Assembly (NCBI GenBank): GCA_039679675.1
Contig: JBDKUN010000065.1
Location: 1-64,000, forward strand
DNA length: 64,000 nucleotides
Source: Armatimonadota bacterium
GTDB taxonomy: Bacteria > Armatimonadota > UBA5829 > DTLH01
Direction of reading: 5' to 3'
Shown: positions 61,503 to 64,000 of the stretch, one piece after another
Position numbering within the stretch: position 1 is the stretch's first letter
How the letters are laid out: each line of letters begins with the position of its first letter
Translations under genes and position numbers: made by a program
The notes under the pieces: generated by a model
The model's input: only the letters and a program-made list of their open reading frames with translations
Database searches by the model: none
Told to the model about the DNA's origin: nothing

Positions 61503-62206
61503 GCCTGCTGTTCCTTTAGTTCGCTTAGTTTCCGGTACATGGCAGCCGGGTCGTCGGCACGAAGGATGGCAGTCCCCACCAAGACAGCATGCGCGCCCGC
61601 CGCTGCCGCCCGCCGGACATCACAGGGAGAGCTTATGGAGCTTTCGCTCACTATCAGCGCTTCCGGCCATGCCAGAGCAGCGAGATTTTCTGTCCTGGAG
61701 ACATTTCCGCCGTCTTTTTCCAGTTCGAGTATGTTGCGGTTGTTGATCCCTAGAAAAGTGGGCTTCAGTTCGTTAGCGATCCTTATTTCCGCCTCATTAT
61801 GTGTCTCGACCAGCGGTTCCAGGCCCAGCGATAACGCTTTCTCGAACAGTTTGAACAATACGCTTTTCTCCATCATTGCCGCAATCAGCAGCACGGCAGC
61901 AGCGCCCATATCCACGCTCTCCTGCACCTGCTCCACGGTCGTAATGAAGTCTTTGCGCAGCACAGGGACCGTCACCGCATGCGAAATGCGGCTGAACAGC
62001 TCCGGCGAACCCCCGAAATGCTCCGCTTCCGTCACCACCGAAAGTGCAGGCGCGCCTGCCGCCACAAGCTCCACAGCAAACGCGACAGGATCTCTGCCGG
62101 AGAGCAAATCCCCCTCTCCGGGCGATTTGCTCTTGATATCAGGGATAACCGGCGTTTTTTCCACCCTCAGTTTTTGCCGCAGTGCCGTTGTGTAACTGCC
62201 TGCCAT
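61499..62206 (-). CDS. trpC: Indole-3-glycerol phosphate synthase (short, divergent)
   Basis: IKSKSP, LSVVTE, LRKDFI, LVETH, GINNR, SESSI, LVGT. Confidence 0.88.
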   Translation of the reverse strand: MAGSYTTALRQKLRVEKTPVIPDIKSKSPGEGDLLSGRDPVAFAVELVAAGAPALSVVTEAEHFGGSPELFSRISHAVTVPVLRKDFITTVEQVQESVDMGAAAVLLIAAMMEKSVLFKLFEKALSLGLEPLVETHNEAEIRIANELKPTFLGINNRNILELEKDGGNVSRTENLAALAWPEALIVSESSISSPCDVRRAAAAGAHAVLVGTAILRADDPAAMYRKLSELKEQQA

Positions 62207-62207
62207 G

Positions 62208-63239
62208 TCAGTTCACCGAAGCGTAGTCTTGAGAAGCGGTGATAAGCTCTTCCAGCTTGCGCTGTGCCAGTCCGCTGTCGATTATCTCGCCTGCGCAACC
62301 GATTCCTTCTTTAAAGGAAGCTGCCTTATCACCGATCATCAGTGCCCCAGCGGCATTTAGGATGACGGCCTGGCGGCGCGGGCCTTTATCTTTGCCGGAG
62401 AAAACATTTCTTATCATCTCAGCATTTTCCTGCGGAGTTCCCGTGGCAATCTCTTCCAGTGAGCAGCGAGTCAAGCCGAAATCTTCCGGGCTGATCTCAT
62501 AAGTAGATATCTCACCATTTTTGAGCTCGTTGACTCTTGTTTTGCCCAGAAGCGAGATCTCATCCATCCCGTCCAACCCATGCACGAAAAGCGCTCTGTC
62601 GTACCCTATCGACGAGGCAACACGTGAGACCGTGTCCAGAATCTCCGGCTTATAAACGCCCATAACATGCCTGCTTGCTTTGGTAGGGTTGATAAGCGGG
62701 CCTATGATCGTATAGAAAATCGTTTTTATCCCCAGGTCTTTCTCCGGAGGAAGCACCTTGCACATGACAGGATGAAACAGCGGAGCATAAAGAAAAGCTA
62801 TGCCGATGTCTTCGATCATCTTTTCGACCGATTCCGGTGTCTGGTTGATCTCGACATTCAGCGCTTCCAGCACGTCAGCGCTGCCGGACAGGCTGGCAAT
62901 GGAGCGGCTGCCGTGTTTGGCCACGGGAATCCCAGCTGCTGCTGCCACAAAAGCTACCGCGGTCGAAATGTTGAATGTGCTTAAGCCGCCTCCGGTGCCG
63001 CATGTGTCCATAAGCTCTCCATCGACCTTCGGGTCGATCTTGATGCAGTTGTCCCGCATAGCCTTGGCTATGGCTGTAATCTCCGTCAGCGTCGGACCCT
63101 TCATCAAAAGAGCCACCTGAAACCCCGCGATCTGCACATCGCTCAACTCGTCGTTCTTAATAGCCACGATCAGCTTATAAATATCCTCCGCAGTCAGATC
63201 CTGCTTAGTTGTAAGTTTACGTAAAACACCTTTAACCAT
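62208..63239 (-). CDS. trpD: Anthranilate phosphoribosyltransferase
   Basis: DTCGTGG..TFNIST, KHGSR, GSADVLEAL, GMDE. Confidence 0.94.
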   Translation of the reverse strand: MVKGVLRKLTTKQDLTAEDIYKLIVAIKNDELSDVQIAGFQVALLMKGPTLTEITAIAKAMRDNCIKIDPKVDGELMDTCGTGGGLSTFNISTAVAFVAAAAGIPVAKHGSRSIASLSGSADVLEALNVEINQTPESVEKMIEDIGIAFLYAPLFHPVMCKVLPPEKDLGIKTIFYTIIGPLINPTKASRHVMGVYKPEILDTVSRVASSIGYDRALFVHGLDGMDEISLLGKTRVNELKNGEISTYEISPEDFGLTRCSLEEIATGTPQENAEMIRNVFSGKDKGPRRQAVILNAAGALMIGDKAASFKEGIGCAGEIIDSGLAQRKLEELITASQDYASVN

Positions 63240-63240
63240 C

Positions 63241-64000
63241 TTAACCCTTCCTCACTTCCTCTGATACAATAGCGTCCTTCATAGCACGCACATATTCCGA
63301 GACATGCGGCACGCACTGCGCCCCATATCGCCCCACTATTTCCACAATTGCACTACCGACGATCACTCCATCAGCAAACCCGGCCATTTCCGCGGCCTGT
63401 CCGGGTGTAGAAATGCCGAAACCGACAGCGCAGGGAATCTCCTTGACACCCTTTACGATCTTAATCATCTCCTCCACGCCGCTCCCGATGTCGCTCCGTA
63501 CGCCGGTCACGCCCAGGGATGAGACACAATAGATAAAACCTTGAGCCTCTTTTGCGATCATACATATGCGCTCTCTTGACGTCGGCGCAACCATCGAGAT
63601 AAGAGTGACCCCGTGTTGCGCGCAGAAAGGCTGCAGCTCTTCTTTTTCTTCAAAAGGCACATCCGGCACGATTACAGCGTCGATCCCGGTCTCAAGGCAC
63701 CGTTTCATGAACCTGTCCACACCGTATGTAAAGATAGGGTTGGCATAGGACATAAAGGCCAGCGGAACACTGCAGTTTTTTCTGATACGGCCCGTCATTT
63801 CGAAGATATTGTCCGTCGTCGTCCCGCCGGAGAGCGCCCGGTTGTCCGCTTCCTGGATGACAGGTCCCTCCGCCACCGGGTCGGAAAACGGAATGCCCAG
63901 CTCGATCAGGTCTGCTCCTGCGTCAGCCATCGCATATACCAATTCCTCAGTCACTTCAAGCGACGGATCGCCCGCCGTGATAAACGGTATGAAGGCCTTG
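63241..64000 (-). CDS. trpA: Tryptophan synthase alpha chain (5' end lies beyond the window)
   Basis: KAFIPFITAGDP continues upstream in frame; ELGIPFSDP, YCVSSLGVTG, VGFGI, VGSA. Confidence 0.96.
   Translation of the reverse strand, partial: KAFIPFITAGDPSLEVTEELVYAMADAGADLIELGIPFSDPVAEGPVIQEADNRALSGGTTTDNIFEMTGRIRKNCSVPLAFMSYANPIFTYGVDRFMKRCLETGIDAVIVPDVPFEEKEELQPFCAQHGVTLISMVAPTSRERICMIAKEAQGFIYCVSSLGVTGVRSDIGSGVEEMIKIVKGVKEIPCAVGFGISTPGQAAEMAGFADGVIVGSAIVEIVGRYGAQCVPHVSEYVRAMKDAIVSEEVRKG

Overview
Bacterial chromosomal window, mostly housekeeping genes; an Armatimonadota-like origin is inferred from the style of the secreted proteins and is not verified. The left end is the edge of an integrated element: a tyrosine integrase preceded by a stand-alone copy of its own arm-binding domain, abutting a tRNA-Ser(CGA)/Arg(CCT)/Arg(GCG) cluster. 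Then come a histidine kinase, a large acyl-CoA dehydratase activase, an ECF sigma/anti-sigma/RseB module, secG, a KAP NTPase-LRR fusion, tRNA-Ser(GCT), SLT, an M16 peptidase, suhB, a GEMM-I riboswitch with the A20 (cGAMP-type) signature, thiD, pyrG, xylB, tal, ald, deoC, recO, hppA, deoB, xerD, pheST, rplT-rpmI-infC-thrS, galE and trpA-D-C-F. The best candidate for an undescribed system is at about 46,985-51,001 (minus strand). It consists of a gene with a LeuA-regulatory-like C-terminus, an unannotated 28-aa signal-peptide-like ORF (MKRLFKVLIALATLAATCGATWRQWPPP) enclosed in a long-range RNA stem, a membrane HD-GYP with a rubredoxin-like insertion, a degenerate HD-GYP and a DUF5317 membrane protein, with two sigma28-like promoters. 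This looks like a putative peptide-pheromone system wired to cyclic-dinucleotide turnover. All family assignments come from motif recognition by eye, with no database searches.
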